50,479 nt of DNA from an uncultured Litorivicinus sp. (GCA_938091715.1 CALKMT010000123.1:1-50479), one strand, 5' to 3'. Numbered from the stretch's first letter, positions 1 through 9,611 are shown. The notes: generated by a model not told the origin, from the sequence alone. Program-made: numbers and translations.

Positions 1-441
1 CAGACGATCGGCATTGCGGTTGATTTGATCCACTAGGCTGCGGGTGACGGGTTGCGCATCGATCGCGGCCGGAGCTACCGGCTCGGTCGGCGAACCCAAC
101 ATCGCCGTGTTGATCGACGGACTGATCTCGGCCAAGAGAACGTCATTTTGGATCTCATACAGGCTTGCGGTCGGCTCGATGATCTCAAAATCAGAATACG
201 GATCCACATCAACCCAGCACAGAGTAGAGCCTGAACAGTCAACGGAACTCTCGCCCTGGTCGGTTCGGAAATGCACGGTAAAGGGTTGCTGAGAGGGTTC
301 GGAATAACTGTACAGGGTCATACCCACACTAAACCCAGTAGACGAGTTGGCATCCGCCACCTGACCCACCACATGCAACTGGGCCCCAAACGCCGTCATC
401 GGCCATGCCAAAACGCAAGCCAGGCGGTTCCATCGCTTCAT
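1..441 (-). CDS. Secreted protein, N-terminal 147 codons only (runs off the left edge of the window)
   Basis: Not in the ORF track. Read manually: ATG at 441 with SD GAGGAG upstream, open to base 1: MKRWNRLACVLAWPMTAFGAQLHVVGQ...RNADRL. Sec-type signal peptide-like N-terminus. Confidence 0.75.
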   Translation of the reverse strand, partial: MKRWNRLACVLAWPMTAFGAQLHVVGQVADANSSTGFSVGMTLYSYSEPSQQPFTVHFRTDQGESSVDCSGSTLCWVDVDPYSDFEIIEPTASLYEIQNDVLLAEISPSINTAMLGSPTEPVAPAAIDAQPVTRSLVDQINRNADRL

Positions 442-610
442 TATTTTCTCCTCAAATCCCATGCCCTCATTGGCGTGGGCTGAGCTTTTTACGGGTAAAA
501 ATTGAGTCACACCTTGATCAGCAGTACGGGTTTAGAACGACCGGACAGTGGCTGTTCAGACGAGGGATAAGGTGCCGAGTTAGGGCATGGTTCACGTCGG
601 AGGTTTCGCG

Positions 611-1534
611 ATGAAAATATGGTTAGTGCTGACGGCATTGTTGGCGGGATGTCAGACAACCCAGGCGCCGGAGGGGCCCTGTCAGCGTCCGCCCAGTCTG
701 TTGCAACTGGGCACTCAAACCTGGAGTGAGCCTGGCCAAAAGACCTGGGACACCCGCCAGGTCTGCTTGGCCAACGGCGGCACCTATCAGAGCCCCGACC
801 GGGTCCACACCCAGCGACAGGTTCAAGTGGCAGCCGACCAGGGCGACCCCAGGGCCTGGTTGCAATTAGGCCAGTGGGCCATGACCGATCAACCCCCGCG
901 GTTTGCGTTCGCTGAACAGGCATTCCTGCAGGCTTGGACCCGGGGATTGGACGAGGCGGCTTGGTATTTATCGCGCTTGGAGCGGCATGGTTATGGCCGC
1001 ACACCGGATCCATTGGCCGCCACCAACTGGCTGCAAAAAGCCAGTGGCGATCAAACCTTGGTGCCCGCTCGGGACTTGGCCAGCGTGAAAATCCAACGGC
1101 AACACTTGACCGATCGCTTGCATCAAACCGAGGCCGAAATGGCCGCCTTGAATCAACAAATCTTGGCCGCGCCCCCAGGCACCACCCTGTTTCGATTCGA
1201 CCTTGGTGGCCAGGGCGGCTGTGGTACCGACTTGGATTGGCAGGCCTTTGGCACAGGCCCAGCCGGACTCAGCTTGGCCATCGATGCCTTTGTGGCTGAC
1301 TATCAGGACCGCGGTTGGCTGTGGCTAGACCTGGGCCCAGGGAATGACGATCCGCTGACCAAATCAGTCCTGAACGAAGTATTGCAAAGCGCGCCCATCT
1401 GGCTAATCGCAACCGGCTTTCCCGGGCAACATCCCGACAGTCCGCATCCACGGATCTTCAGCACGCAATCCCCAGCTGACAGCGGTCATCGGTTTGGGCC
1501 CAATCAAATCGTCTGGAATTGCTCAAATGCCTGA
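611..1534 (+). CDS. Sel1-like repeat lipoprotein with coiled coil and divergent C-terminal domain
   Basis: SD GGAGG then ATG 611; lipobox LAGC; two Sel1-like repeats (AADQGDPRAWLQLG; GLDEAAWYLSRLERHGYGRTPDPLAATNWLQKA); heptad-like segment follows. Confidence 0.75.
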   Translation: MKIWLVLTALLAGCQTTQAPEGPCQRPPSLLQLGTQTWSEPGQKTWDTRQVCLANGGTYQSPDRVHTQRQVQVAADQGDPRAWLQLGQWAMTDQPPRFAFAEQAFLQAWTRGLDEAAWYLSRLERHGYGRTPDPLAATNWLQKASGDQTLVPARDLASVKIQRQHLTDRLHQTEAEMAALNQQILAAPPGTTLFRFDLGGQGGCGTDLDWQAFGTGPAGLSLAIDAFVADYQDRGWLWLDLGPGNDDPLTKSVLNEVLQSAPIWLIATGFPGQHPDSPHPRIFSTQSPADSGHRFGPNQIVWNCSNA

Positions 1535-2471
1535 GCGATATCGTCCCGCGCGCACCCTGGGCCCGCGTACGGTACTGGCCAAAGATTCTTGGTTAGATCG
1601 ATGGGTCGTGCTTCAGTCGGCATCCACCGACGGCGAGCGGACGCTGGGGCAAATGCGGTCTGACTTCCGCTGCACCCTATTTGACCTGACCGCAACCGGC
1701 GATTTGGTCATCGAGTACTGCCCGTGGCCAACCCTAGCTGACTACCTTGAGCATCCCCGTTTGGATCCGATTTGGGTGCGCGCCGTGGCTTCAAATCTGG
1801 CCCGTGCCGTGAACGAATGCCACACAGCCGGTTGGCTGCATGGGGATCTGAATCCGACCAATGTGCTGGCCTCGGAGGCCGGAGAGATTCGGCTGATTGA
1901 CTTTGGGGCCAGCGTTACGCCGGGTCAACATGCCAGGCAATGGCATCCGCACTGGTCGGCACCGGAGCAACTGTCTGGGCGGCCGATCGGCACGCCCAGT
2001 GACGTCTATTCCCTGGGCCGCTTGCTGAGCGCGCTGGCCGGTCGCACCCGGGGATTTTCCCGTGCCTGGCAGGCGACGCTGGTCATGGCACAACACAGGG
2101 ATCCAGATCGTAGACCCTTGATTTCCACCCTGACGCCCCGGCTGCAAGCGCGTCCCCAGGCTTGGCCCGCACTGTTGTTACTGCTGGCGCTGCCGGCCTG
2201 GGCGCCTGAGCATGCGCTGACACTGCGAGAAACTATTCGTCTAAGCGCGGGCGCAGAACAGCGACTTGTTCCCGTTGACGCAACACCCGCCAACCGGTCT
2301 CGCCTAGCCAGTATTGACACCAAGCATCCAGCGCCTGCGGATCCACCGCCCGCCCGGGTTTCGGCAAATCCAACAACTGATCGGAGGCTTGCACCGATAA
2401 CGCCGCCAACTCCGGCTTTAACCAGGTCGACAGGTCAGACTGGCGTAACAGCCAGTAATACCGATTCATGA
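1527..2471 (+). CDS. Ser/Thr protein kinase-family protein (probable pseudokinase) with TM helix and Pro/Thr-rich tail
   Basis: HGDLNPTN, IRLIDFG, SAPEQ, SDVYSLG, PDRRP motifs; ATG overlaps the upstream stop (ATGCCTGA). Confidence 0.8.
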   Translation: MPERYRPARTLGPRTVLAKDSWLDRWVVLQSASTDGERTLGQMRSDFRCTLFDLTATGDLVIEYCPWPTLADYLEHPRLDPIWVRAVASNLARAVNECHTAGWLHGDLNPTNVLASEAGEIRLIDFGASVTPGQHARQWHPHWSAPEQLSGRPIGTPSDVYSLGRLLSALAGRTRGFSRAWQATLVMAQHRDPDRRPLISTLTPRLQARPQAWPALLLLLALPAWAPEHALTLRETIRLSAGAEQRLVPVDATPANRSRLASIDTKHPAPADPPPARVSANPTTDRRLAPITPPTPALTRSTGQTGVTASNTDS

Positions 2472-2798
2472 ACGCCGCCTGCGGGAGGTTTTGGGGGTGA
2501 AGTCGTCTGGCTTGGTGCGCAGCCATTGCACAAACTCGTCAATGTCCGGGTGCGCCTGCAACTTCTCTAATGAGCAATAGTGATACGCCAGATCGCGCTC
2601 GTTGATCATTCGATGCAGGTGTTTGTGACAGGCTGAACACAGCCACTCGACTGCCAAACGGAGTCGTTGCTTACCGTGCAGCTTGACCAGTTTGGTGTCC
2701 CGGTGACGGCTTTTGGGAAACAAGTGGTGCACGGTCAAGTGCGGAGTCTGGCGCCGGCACAATTGGCAGTGCTGTGGACGCGGGGGCTTGCCTAACAT
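2466..2798 (-). CDS. Small HNH-like Zn-binding protein
   Basis: CQLC..HHLFPKSRH..LCSACHKHLH pattern. Confidence 0.7.
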   Translation of the reverse strand: MLGKPPRPQHCQLCRRQTPHLTVHHLFPKSRHRDTKLVKLHGKQRLRLAVEWLCSACHKHLHRMINERDLAYHYCSLEKLQAHPDIDEFVQWLRTKPDDFTPKTSRRRRS

Positions 2799-2886
2799 CC
2801 TAAAACCATAGGGTTAGCGGACCGGTGAAACAAGGATTGCGCTGTCATCGGGCTTTGATACCCTCAACGGTTGATAAGGAGAATCC

Positions 2887-4239
2887 ATGCAAACCATCAG
2901 TGCCAGCGTTAGTCCCAGAGCCCACCTAAGCTTATTAACTCAAAACGAAGTCGCCATGCTGACCGACCCCTCAATCGACGGGCTGTACGAGTTGGTGCGC
3001 AAGTGTGCGCTGGCGGTGCTCAATTCTGGCTCGAACAGTGACGATGGCTATTCGATTATCGACCAGTACCCGGACTTTAAAATTGAAGTGCAGGGCTTTG
3101 AGCGCGGTATTCGGTTGCAAATCGACAATGCCCCCACCGGCGCCTTTGTGGACGGGCACATCATTACCGGCATTCGCGAGCACCTGTTCAGCGTGGTCCG
3201 AGACTTGCTGTACACCCAAACTACTCTTCGTCAATACGATTTGAGTGACGGTCAGCAGACCTCTAATGCGGTCTTTCACTTGCTGCGTCACGCCGACGCC
3301 CTAATCGCTGGGCGCACACCGTCCATGGTGGTGTGCTGGGGCGGACACAGCATCAACCGTGTTGAATACGACTACACCAAGGAAGTCGGCCACGAGCTGG
3401 GCTTACGCAAGCTGGACATCTGCACAGGCTGTGGGCCGGGCGCGATGAAAGGCCCGATGAAAGGCGCGGCCATCGCTCACGCCAAACAACGAATCCAAGA
3501 CGGTCGATACCTGGGTATCACCGAGCCGGGCATCATTGCCGCCGAGGCACCGAACCCGATCGTGAACGAGCTGGTCATCATGCCGGACATTGAAAAGCGA
3601 CTGGAGGCCTTCGTTCGGGTCGGCCACGGCATTATCGTCTTCCCCGGCGGCCCCGGCACAGCCGAAGAGTTGCTGTACCTATTGGGCATTCTGATGCACC
3701 CCGACAACGCCGATCAGCCCATGCCCCTGGTCATTACCGGACCGACCGAAAGCAAGCCGTTCCTGCTGCAGGTCGATGCCTTTATTCGCGCCACCCTGGG
3801 CGATGAGGCGGCCAATCATTACGAGTTGGTGATCAACGATCCGGTGCGTGTGGCCCAGCATATGAAGGCCGGCATTCAGTCAGTACACGATTTTCGCAGC
3901 GCCCAGCAAGATGCCTTTACCTATAACTGGAAGTTGCACATCGACCGCAGCTTCCAAGAACCCTTTGCCCCCACCCACGAGAATATGGCGTCGCTGAACC
4001 TGTCCACCGAGCAACCGGTGCACGAACTAGCGGCCAATCTGCGCCGGGCTTTTAGCGGCATCGTGGCCGGCAACGTCAAAGCCCCCGGGGTGCAAGCGGT
4101 GCGCGAACACGGCCCGTTCCAACTGACCGGCGATCCGGCGCTGATGAGCAAAATGGACGAGCTGCTACGAAGTTTTGTGACCCAGGGACGGATGAAGCTC
4201 GAGGGCGAGTACACGCCCTGTTATCAGATTCACACGTGA
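2887..4239 (+). CDS. ppnN: Nucleotide 5'-monophosphate nucleosidase PpnN (LOG family, YgdH)
   Basis: VVCWGGHSI, CTGCGPGAMKGPMKGA, MPDIEKRLEAFVR, FPGGPGTAEE; 450 aa; SD AAGGAG. Confidence 0.93.
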   Translation: MQTISASVSPRAHLSLLTQNEVAMLTDPSIDGLYELVRKCALAVLNSGSNSDDGYSIIDQYPDFKIEVQGFERGIRLQIDNAPTGAFVDGHIITGIREHLFSVVRDLLYTQTTLRQYDLSDGQQTSNAVFHLLRHADALIAGRTPSMVVCWGGHSINRVEYDYTKEVGHELGLRKLDICTGCGPGAMKGPMKGAAIAHAKQRIQDGRYLGITEPGIIAAEAPNPIVNELVIMPDIEKRLEAFVRVGHGIIVFPGGPGTAEELLYLLGILMHPDNADQPMPLVITGPTESKPFLLQVDAFIRATLGDEAANHYELVINDPVRVAQHMKAGIQSVHDFRSAQQDAFTYNWKLHIDRSFQEPFAPTHENMASLNLSTEQPVHELAANLRRAFSGIVAGNVKAPGVQAVREHGPFQLTGDPALMSKMDELLRSFVTQGRMKLEGEYTPCYQIHT

Positions 4240-4697
4240 CCCCAGCGGTTCGGTGGTTAAAAGCCCGGGGGGTGCCCTTTGATCTGCATCCCTTTGATGC
4301 CGATGGGTCATCCGGCTATGCCGAAGCGGCCGCTGCGGGAATGGGAGTCTCGGCCGAGAGGGTGTTCAAAACCCTGATGGTGCAATCCGATCAGGGTTTT
4401 GCCTGCATGATGGTGCCCGCCCACCGCACGCTGAACTTAAAGCGCGCGGCAAGAATACTGGGAGCCAAACGCGCGCAAATGGCCAGCACCGAGGAGGCCG
4501 AGCGAGTCAGCGGCTATCGCGTTGGAGGCATTAGCGCATTTGGCCAAAAACGTCCTTGTCCGCAATGGATAGACGCGTCGGCTTTCGAATTTGAGCGGGT
4601 GTACCTGTCCGCCGGTCAGCGAGGGCTGGACCTGTCGCTGGATCCCAAGGACCTGGAGGCCCTGGGAATCCAGTCGGCGCTATTGACCGACCTGTGA
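4236..4697 (+). CDS. ybaK: Cys-tRNA(Pro) deacylase YbaK
   Basis: MTPAV, VFKTL, GYRVGGISAFGQK, SAGQRG; GTGA overlap with ppnN. Confidence 0.88.
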   Translation: MTPAVRWLKARGVPFDLHPFDADGSSGYAEAAAAGMGVSAERVFKTLMVQSDQGFACMMVPAHRTLNLKRAARILGAKRAQMASTEEAERVSGYRVGGISAFGQKRPCPQWIDASAFEFERVYLSAGQRGLDLSLDPKDLEALGIQSALLTDL

Positions 4698-5456
4698 GCG
4701 CAGCGCCGCGGCGCCTTGCAACATCATCGAGTGATCGCTACCGAGCAGAAACAAAGAGGCCCCCTGGGCCCGCCAATCCGGCACTTCGCTTAGGTCACCG
4801 ACAAACATACCCACGGCTCGGTTGGCCGCACGACAGGCTTGCATGATGGTTTCCACCGCCTCGATGACCACTGGCGCTTTCATATTTGTCTCGCCCAGCG
4901 CGACCGTCAGGTCCGCCCGGCCAATAAACAAGGCATCAATGCCCGGCACAGCAGCAATATCATCGATCTCGGCCAAGGCCTCAACGTCCTCGATCTGCGC
5001 GATCACCGACACTTCGTTGGGTGTGCCCTCCAAATGTCCCGGCATACCCCGGGTGGCATACCAGGCCGCCCGGGTTGAACCTGCAAAGCCCCGGCCACCG
5101 GCGCCGTATTCGCAGGCTTTAACCAAAGCCTGGGCTTCGGCCGCCGAGCGCACATGCGGCGCCACAATGCCACCGGCCCCACGATCCAGCGCGTCCAAAA
5201 TGGCCTCGGGGCTGTTGTGCGAGACCCGCTCGACACTGGGCAAGTCATTGGCCCGGGCAATCGCGCAACAGGCATCCAGATCGCCACGATTAAACGGCGC
5301 GTGTTCCGCATCCAGGCACACGACATCCAAAGTCGACAACGACAACACCTCGGTCACGTGCATGTGCGGTGTTTTCTGAAAGGTCCCCAGCAAAAAATCG
5401 CCCTGAGCCAGGCGGGATTTGAAACTGGCGCAGCGCTGGCCCAGTTGGATGCTCAT
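4680..5456 (-). CDS. HpcH/HpaI class II aldolase family protein
   Basis: LDAEHAP, AQIED, LFIGRADL; ATG 5456 overlaps the upstream stop (ATGA). Confidence 0.88.
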   Translation of the reverse strand: MSIQLGQRCASFKSRLAQGDFLLGTFQKTPHMHVTEVLSLSTLDVVCLDAEHAPFNRGDLDACCAIARANDLPSVERVSHNSPEAILDALDRGAGGIVAPHVRSAAEAQALVKACEYGAGGRGFAGSTRAAWYATRGMPGHLEGTPNEVSVIAQIEDVEALAEIDDIAAVPGIDALFIGRADLTVALGETNMKAPVVIEAVETIMQACRAANRAVGMFVGDLSEVPDWRAQGASLFLLGSDHSMMLQGAAALRSQVGQ

Positions 5457-6607
5457 GAACGGCCCCATAGACGCTGACTGGCCAGCTCGGCACCCTCGGC
5501 CAGGGTCTTCAACTTGGCCCAAACGACGTCTGTTTGCACGCTGCCAAACCCGGCAAAGGTCGAGAATCCGCAGTCCGTGCCGGCAATCACCCGCTCGCGA
5601 CCCACGATGTTGGCAAAGCGCTCGATTCGCTCGGCCACTAGCTCCGGGTGCTCGACAAAGTTACTGGTCGAGTCGATCACGCCGGGCACCAAGATTTTTT
5701 CTTCACCGATCAGCGAGGCATGATCGCGAATGACTTGCCACTCGTGACCGTGGCGGGGGTTGGCGGTTTCAAACAACAAGGCCGCCGGTCGAGCCTTGAG
5801 CACCGTCGGCAGAATCACTTCCAGGCCCACATCACAGACGTGCGGTCCTTCATAGTTACCCCAACAAATGTGCATGCGCATCTGCTCGGGGGCGATGTTG
5901 CGAGTGGCATGGTTCAACACCTCGACGTGGCGCTCGATCCGGGCCATGTATTCGGCGTCTTCAGTATCCTTGAACATCATATGGCGTCCCAGACCCAGAT
6001 CTGGGCTGTCCAGTTGCAACTGGAATCCAGCATTCACAATGCCTTCGTACTCGACCCGCATGGCCTCGGCCAGGGCTTCTAGGTACTCGTCATCGCTTGC
6101 GTAGTACTCATTGGGTTGAAACAGCGCAATCACCCCGGGGCTGGCCGCATTCATAAAGCCGCCGACCGCCGGGGAGGCCTGCAGCGCTTGCGTAAAGAAG
6201 TCCAGATCCTCGTTCAACGGGTCCATCGATTTGACTTCGATCGGGCCGACGCACTTGGGGCGCTTGTACTCCGGCACACCACCCGAGCGGCTGGCCCAGG
6301 CACCGTAATTTGGAAACACTTCCAGATCTTTCGGGGTGCGTCGTGGGCTGTCCCCATCAAAGCCAGTGATGCGATCCTTGATGTAGGTCGCGTAACTGAT
6401 TTTTGACTGTTCACCGTCGCTGACCAAATCCACCCCATTCTCGACCTGGCGGCGAACCGTGTCCTGCACCGCGTCAGTCAGGGTTTGATGGAAGGCAGCC
6501 TCGTCGATCGGCGTGCCGTGCTCCCGGGCAAAGACGCCCTCGGTGACCGCTTCAGAGCGGGGCAAGCTGCCCACATGAGTGGTTAAAATACGATCGGTAC
6601 TGCGCAT
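5453..6607 (-). CDS. Cobalamin-independent methionine synthase II family (single-barrel MetE-like / epoxyalkane:CoM transferase-like) Zn enzyme
   Basis: TTHVGSLPR, VSDGE, MHICWGN (HxC), LFETAN, GTDCGF Zn ligands; 384 aa, no second barrel. Confidence 0.88.
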   Translation of the reverse strand: MRSTDRILTTHVGSLPRSEAVTEGVFAREHGTPIDEAAFHQTLTDAVQDTVRRQVENGVDLVSDGEQSKISYATYIKDRITGFDGDSPRRTPKDLEVFPNYGAWASRSGGVPEYKRPKCVGPIEVKSMDPLNEDLDFFTQALQASPAVGGFMNAASPGVIALFQPNEYYASDDEYLEALAEAMRVEYEGIVNAGFQLQLDSPDLGLGRHMMFKDTEDAEYMARIERHVEVLNHATRNIAPEQMRMHICWGNYEGPHVCDVGLEVILPTVLKARPAALLFETANPRHGHEWQVIRDHASLIGEEKILVPGVIDSTSNFVEHPELVAERIERFANIVGRERVIAGTDCGFSTFAGFGSVQTDVVWAKLKTLAEGAELASQRLWGRS

Positions 6608-6616
6608 GGTATTCCC

Positions 6617-7303
6617 TTATTGGTCAAATAGTGTCGCGAGGGCTTGATTGACGGCGGCTGGCGCCTCTAGCGTCGATAAATGCCCGCAATCCGCTAGCAT
6701 GACGAGGTCCGAGTGTGGAATCAATTCGTGCATCTCCACTTGCCGGTCCTGGGGACATAGGACGTCCTCGTCGCCGGCCAGGATCAGGGTCGGCACACGG
6801 ATCTTGGGCAGATGCGGCCGTTGGTCGGGGCGGTCTCGAACGGCTCGAATTTGCCGCGCCAAGACCGCCTGACCCTGCTCCAATGCCATGTCCCTAACGG
6901 TATTCAGTATGTCGGCGTTCTCACGGTTTTTTTGCGCCAAATACAAAGGCTTCAATTGATCCATGACGATGGTTTCAAATTCGCCGGAAGCCACTTGCTC
7001 GATCAGCGCATTGCGCTGGCGCTGTTTGTCGCCGGTGTCATTGCGCGCATTGGCGTCTAGCACCGCCAGATGTGTGACCCGTTCGGGGTGCTGACGAATC
7101 ATCTCCAGCGCCAGAATGCCGCCGTAACTTAAGCCAACCAAGGCCACCGGCGCGTCCGGCAGCGCTTGCCAGACCGCATGGGCTTGAGCCGTCACCGAAT
7201 CAAATTGACTGACCGTGGCGACCTGACCGCCAAACTCGGCCCGCTGAGGCGCAAATAAACGCTGGTCGCACAGCGTCCCTGGCAACCAGACGATCGAGCT
7301 CAC
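6617..7303 (-). CDS. Alpha/beta hydrolase
   Basis: GLSYGG nucleophile elbow, GDED, CGHLS; GTGA overlap with the LacI gene. Confidence 0.88.
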   Translation of the reverse strand: MSSIVWLPGTLCDQRLFAPQRAEFGGQVATVSQFDSVTAQAHAVWQALPDAPVALVGLSYGGILALEMIRQHPERVTHLAVLDANARNDTGDKQRQRNALIEQVASGEFETIVMDQLKPLYLAQKNRENADILNTVRDMALEQGQAVLARQIRAVRDRPDQRPHLPKIRVPTLILAGDEDVLCPQDRQVEMHELIPHSDLVMLADCGHLSTLEAPAAVNQALATLFDQ

Positions 7304-8277
7304 AGTGGCGCCGACCGTCCGACTCGAACCTGGCCCTGAAAGGTCTGTCCCGGCACCGTGGTATCTGGCTCATCGATGATCAAGCACAGCTGACGGACGG
7401 CCTCATTGACCATGGATTCGATGGGCTGAACATAAGTAGTCAGATCATAGCGGCCCAGGGATCCGGCGAACGAGCCGTCAAAGCCGGTGACCCAGATATC
7501 CTGTGGCACCTGAACGCCGAGTCGATCCAGGCCGTCAATCACGCCGGTCGCCATGGAGTCGTTGATGCACATTACCGCGTCAGCCTTCATCGACGTGATT
7601 TGATGCGCCGCAGCCACCCCGCAGTCATAGGTGAAGTCACCTTTGACCGTATCCAGATACGCACTGCCTAGGCCGTCCAATGCGCCCATCAGACGGTGCC
7701 GGGCAACAAAGTTATCCTTGGGACCGGAGAGCAACAAAACACGCTTGCGGCCGGCCTCGACCAGAGAGTTGGCAAGCCCAGATGCGGCCTCGGTTTGTTC
7801 ACAAATCACCGCAGGAAACTCGTGCTTGGGGTCGACCCGGTTCACCAGCATCAGCGGTCGCCCCAGGGCACGAATCATTTCCCGGCGATCTGGAGCGAAC
7901 TGAGTCGTGGCGATGATTCCATCGACTTGATAGCGGCCAATTTCGGTCAGCACCTCTTCGACCCGATCGATCCGACCGTCGGTGTAGAACAGCAGCATTT
8001 TCTTGCCGGCGCTTTCGAGTGCCGTAGCCAGCATTTGCACCACTTCAGGGTAATAGCGCCCGCTGGTTTGACTGACAATCGCTGCCACCATGCCGGTTTT
8101 TCCGGTGATTAAACTGCGGGCTAACAAATTCGGTTGATAGCCCAGCTCTTCGGCGGCTTTTAGGACACGGGCTTTGGTGGCAGCCGCCACCTTGCCGTTC
8201 TTGGAAAACGTACGGGACACCGCAGACTGGGATACCCCAGCCCGCGCCGCCACGTCGTAGGACGTGACCGAAGCCAA
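7300..8277 (-). CDS. LacI family transcriptional regulator
   Basis: TSYDVAARAGVSQSAVSR HTH, GYQPNLLARSL hinge, GFD; TTG start 1 nt after the upstream stop. Confidence 0.92.
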   Translation of the reverse strand: MASVTSYDVAARAGVSQSAVSRTFSKNGKVAAATKARVLKAAEELGYQPNLLARSLITGKTGMVAAIVSQTSGRYYPEVVQMLATALESAGKKMLLFYTDGRIDRVEEVLTEIGRYQVDGIIATTQFAPDRREMIRALGRPLMLVNRVDPKHEFPAVICEQTEAASGLANSLVEAGRKRVLLLSGPKDNFVARHRLMGALDGLGSAYLDTVKGDFTYDCGVAAAHQITSMKADAVMCINDSMATGVIDGLDRLGVQVPQDIWVTGFDGSFAGSLGRYDLTTYVQPIESMVNEAVRQLCLIIDEPDTTVPGQTFQGQVRVGRSAPL

Positions 8278-8278
8278 C

Positions 8279-9559
8279 TCAGTCTTTCTTGTATCGGCGA
8301 ACGCGAATGTCCGCCTGTTCTTTGTGACCCATAAAGCCCTCTAGGTCGCACAAGCGAGAGCAGTACTCGCCGACGTGTACACTGGCCTCTTCGGTCAAGA
8401 CCCGCTGATAGGTACAGGTCTTGATGAATTTACCGACCCACAATCCACCGGTGTAACGGGCGGCCTTGCGGGTGGGCAAGGTGTGGTTGGTGCCGATAAC
8501 CTTGTCGCCGTAACTGACGTTGGTTTTTTCACCCAGGAACAAGGCTCCGTAATTGGTCATGTTATTCAGGAAATAGTCAGGATCCTGGGTCATCACCTGC
8601 ACGTGCTCGCTGGCGATGTCGTCAGCCACCTCGACCATTTCTTCGTAACTGTCACAAACAATCACCTGGCCATACTCATCCCAGGCCACTTTGGCGATAT
8701 CAGCCGTCGGCAGGATGGTCAGTTGGCGCTCAACTTCGGCCATGGTGTCACGGGCCAACTGCTCGGAGTTGGTCAACAAGATGGCCGGGCTGTTGGGTCC
8801 ATGTTCCGCTTGGCCTAGCAAGTCAGCCGCACACAGCTCGCCATCCACGGTCTCGTCCGCGATCACCAGTGTCTCGGTCGGACCGGCAAACAAGTCGATG
8901 CCGACACGGCCAAACAGTTGGCGTTTGGCCTCGGCCACAAAGGCGTTGCCCGGGCCAACAATCATGTCGACGCCACCGATGGTCTCGGTGCCCACCGCCA
9001 TCGCCGCGATCGCCTGGATGCCGCCCATGGTGTAAATCTCGTCAGCACCGGCCATGTCCATAGCCACCACAACCGCGGGGTTCGGTCGCCCGTTAAACGG
9101 CGGCGAGCAGGCGATAACCCGAGGCACACCTGCGACCTTGGCAGTCACCACGGACATGTGGGCGCTGGCCACTAGCGGGTACTTGCCCCCGGGCACGTAA
9201 CAACCCACCGCGTTCATCGGCAGATGCTTGTGACCCAAGATCACACCGGGCAGGGTTTCTTCTTCGACGTCCAACATGCTGGCGCGCTGGATTTGAGCAA
9301 AATTCTTGACCTGGGCCTGGGCAAACGCGATGTCGTCCAGGTTTTCTTGGGTCAGTTCTTGATAGCAGGCGTCAATCTGTTCCCGGCTTAGGCGCAGATT
9401 GTCAGACTCGAATTTATCAAACTTTGCGGTGTACTCTTTGACCGCGGCATCGCCTCGGTCTTCAATGTCACGGATGATATCCGAAACAATGGTTTGTACT
9501 TTGGCGTCATCCTCGCGACGCAGTGATTCTTCTCGTCCGTGCTTTAGAACTTTGGCCAT
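8279..9559 (-). CDS. hisD: Histidinol dehydrogenase-family protein (probable non-biosynthetic, HpsN-related paralog)
   Basis: [48 protein letters not shown]. Has GDK rather than the GDY typical of true HisD; no his genes nearby. Symbol given as a family label only. Confidence 0.85.
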   Translation of the reverse strand: MAKVLKHGREESLRREDDAKVQTIVSDIIRDIEDRGDAAVKEYTAKFDKFESDNLRLSREQIDACYQELTQENLDDIAFAQAQVKNFAQIQRASMLDVEEETLPGVILGHKHLPMNAVGCYVPGGKYPLVASAHMSVVTAKVAGVPRVIACSPPFNGRPNPAVVVAMDMAGADEIYTMGGIQAIAAMAVGTETIGGVDMIVGPGNAFVAEAKRQLFGRVGIDLFAGPTETLVIADETVDGELCAADLLGQAEHGPNSPAILLTNSEQLARDTMAEVERQLTILPTADIAKVAWDEYGQVIVCDSYEEMVEVADDIASEHVQVMTQDPDYFLNNMTNYGALFLGEKTNVSYGDKVIGTNHTLPTRKAARYTGGLWVGKFIKTCTYQRVLTEEASVHVGEYCSRLCDLEGFMGHKEQADIRVRRYKKD

Positions 9560-9611
9560 GGGGTCTCCAGGGGGTCGTTTTTATGCTAATTCCTCCGTAT
9601 CGTAGCAGGAG

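Noticed and set aside
44-614. Short plus-strand ORFs at the window start
   Set aside because: The minus-strand frame from 441 has a strong SD and signal peptide and explains the region.
8279-9559. Calling this the biosynthetic HisD or a definite HpsN
   Set aside because: GDK motif and context argue against true HisD; similarity to HpsN is family-level only and hpsKLM-type transporter genes are absent.
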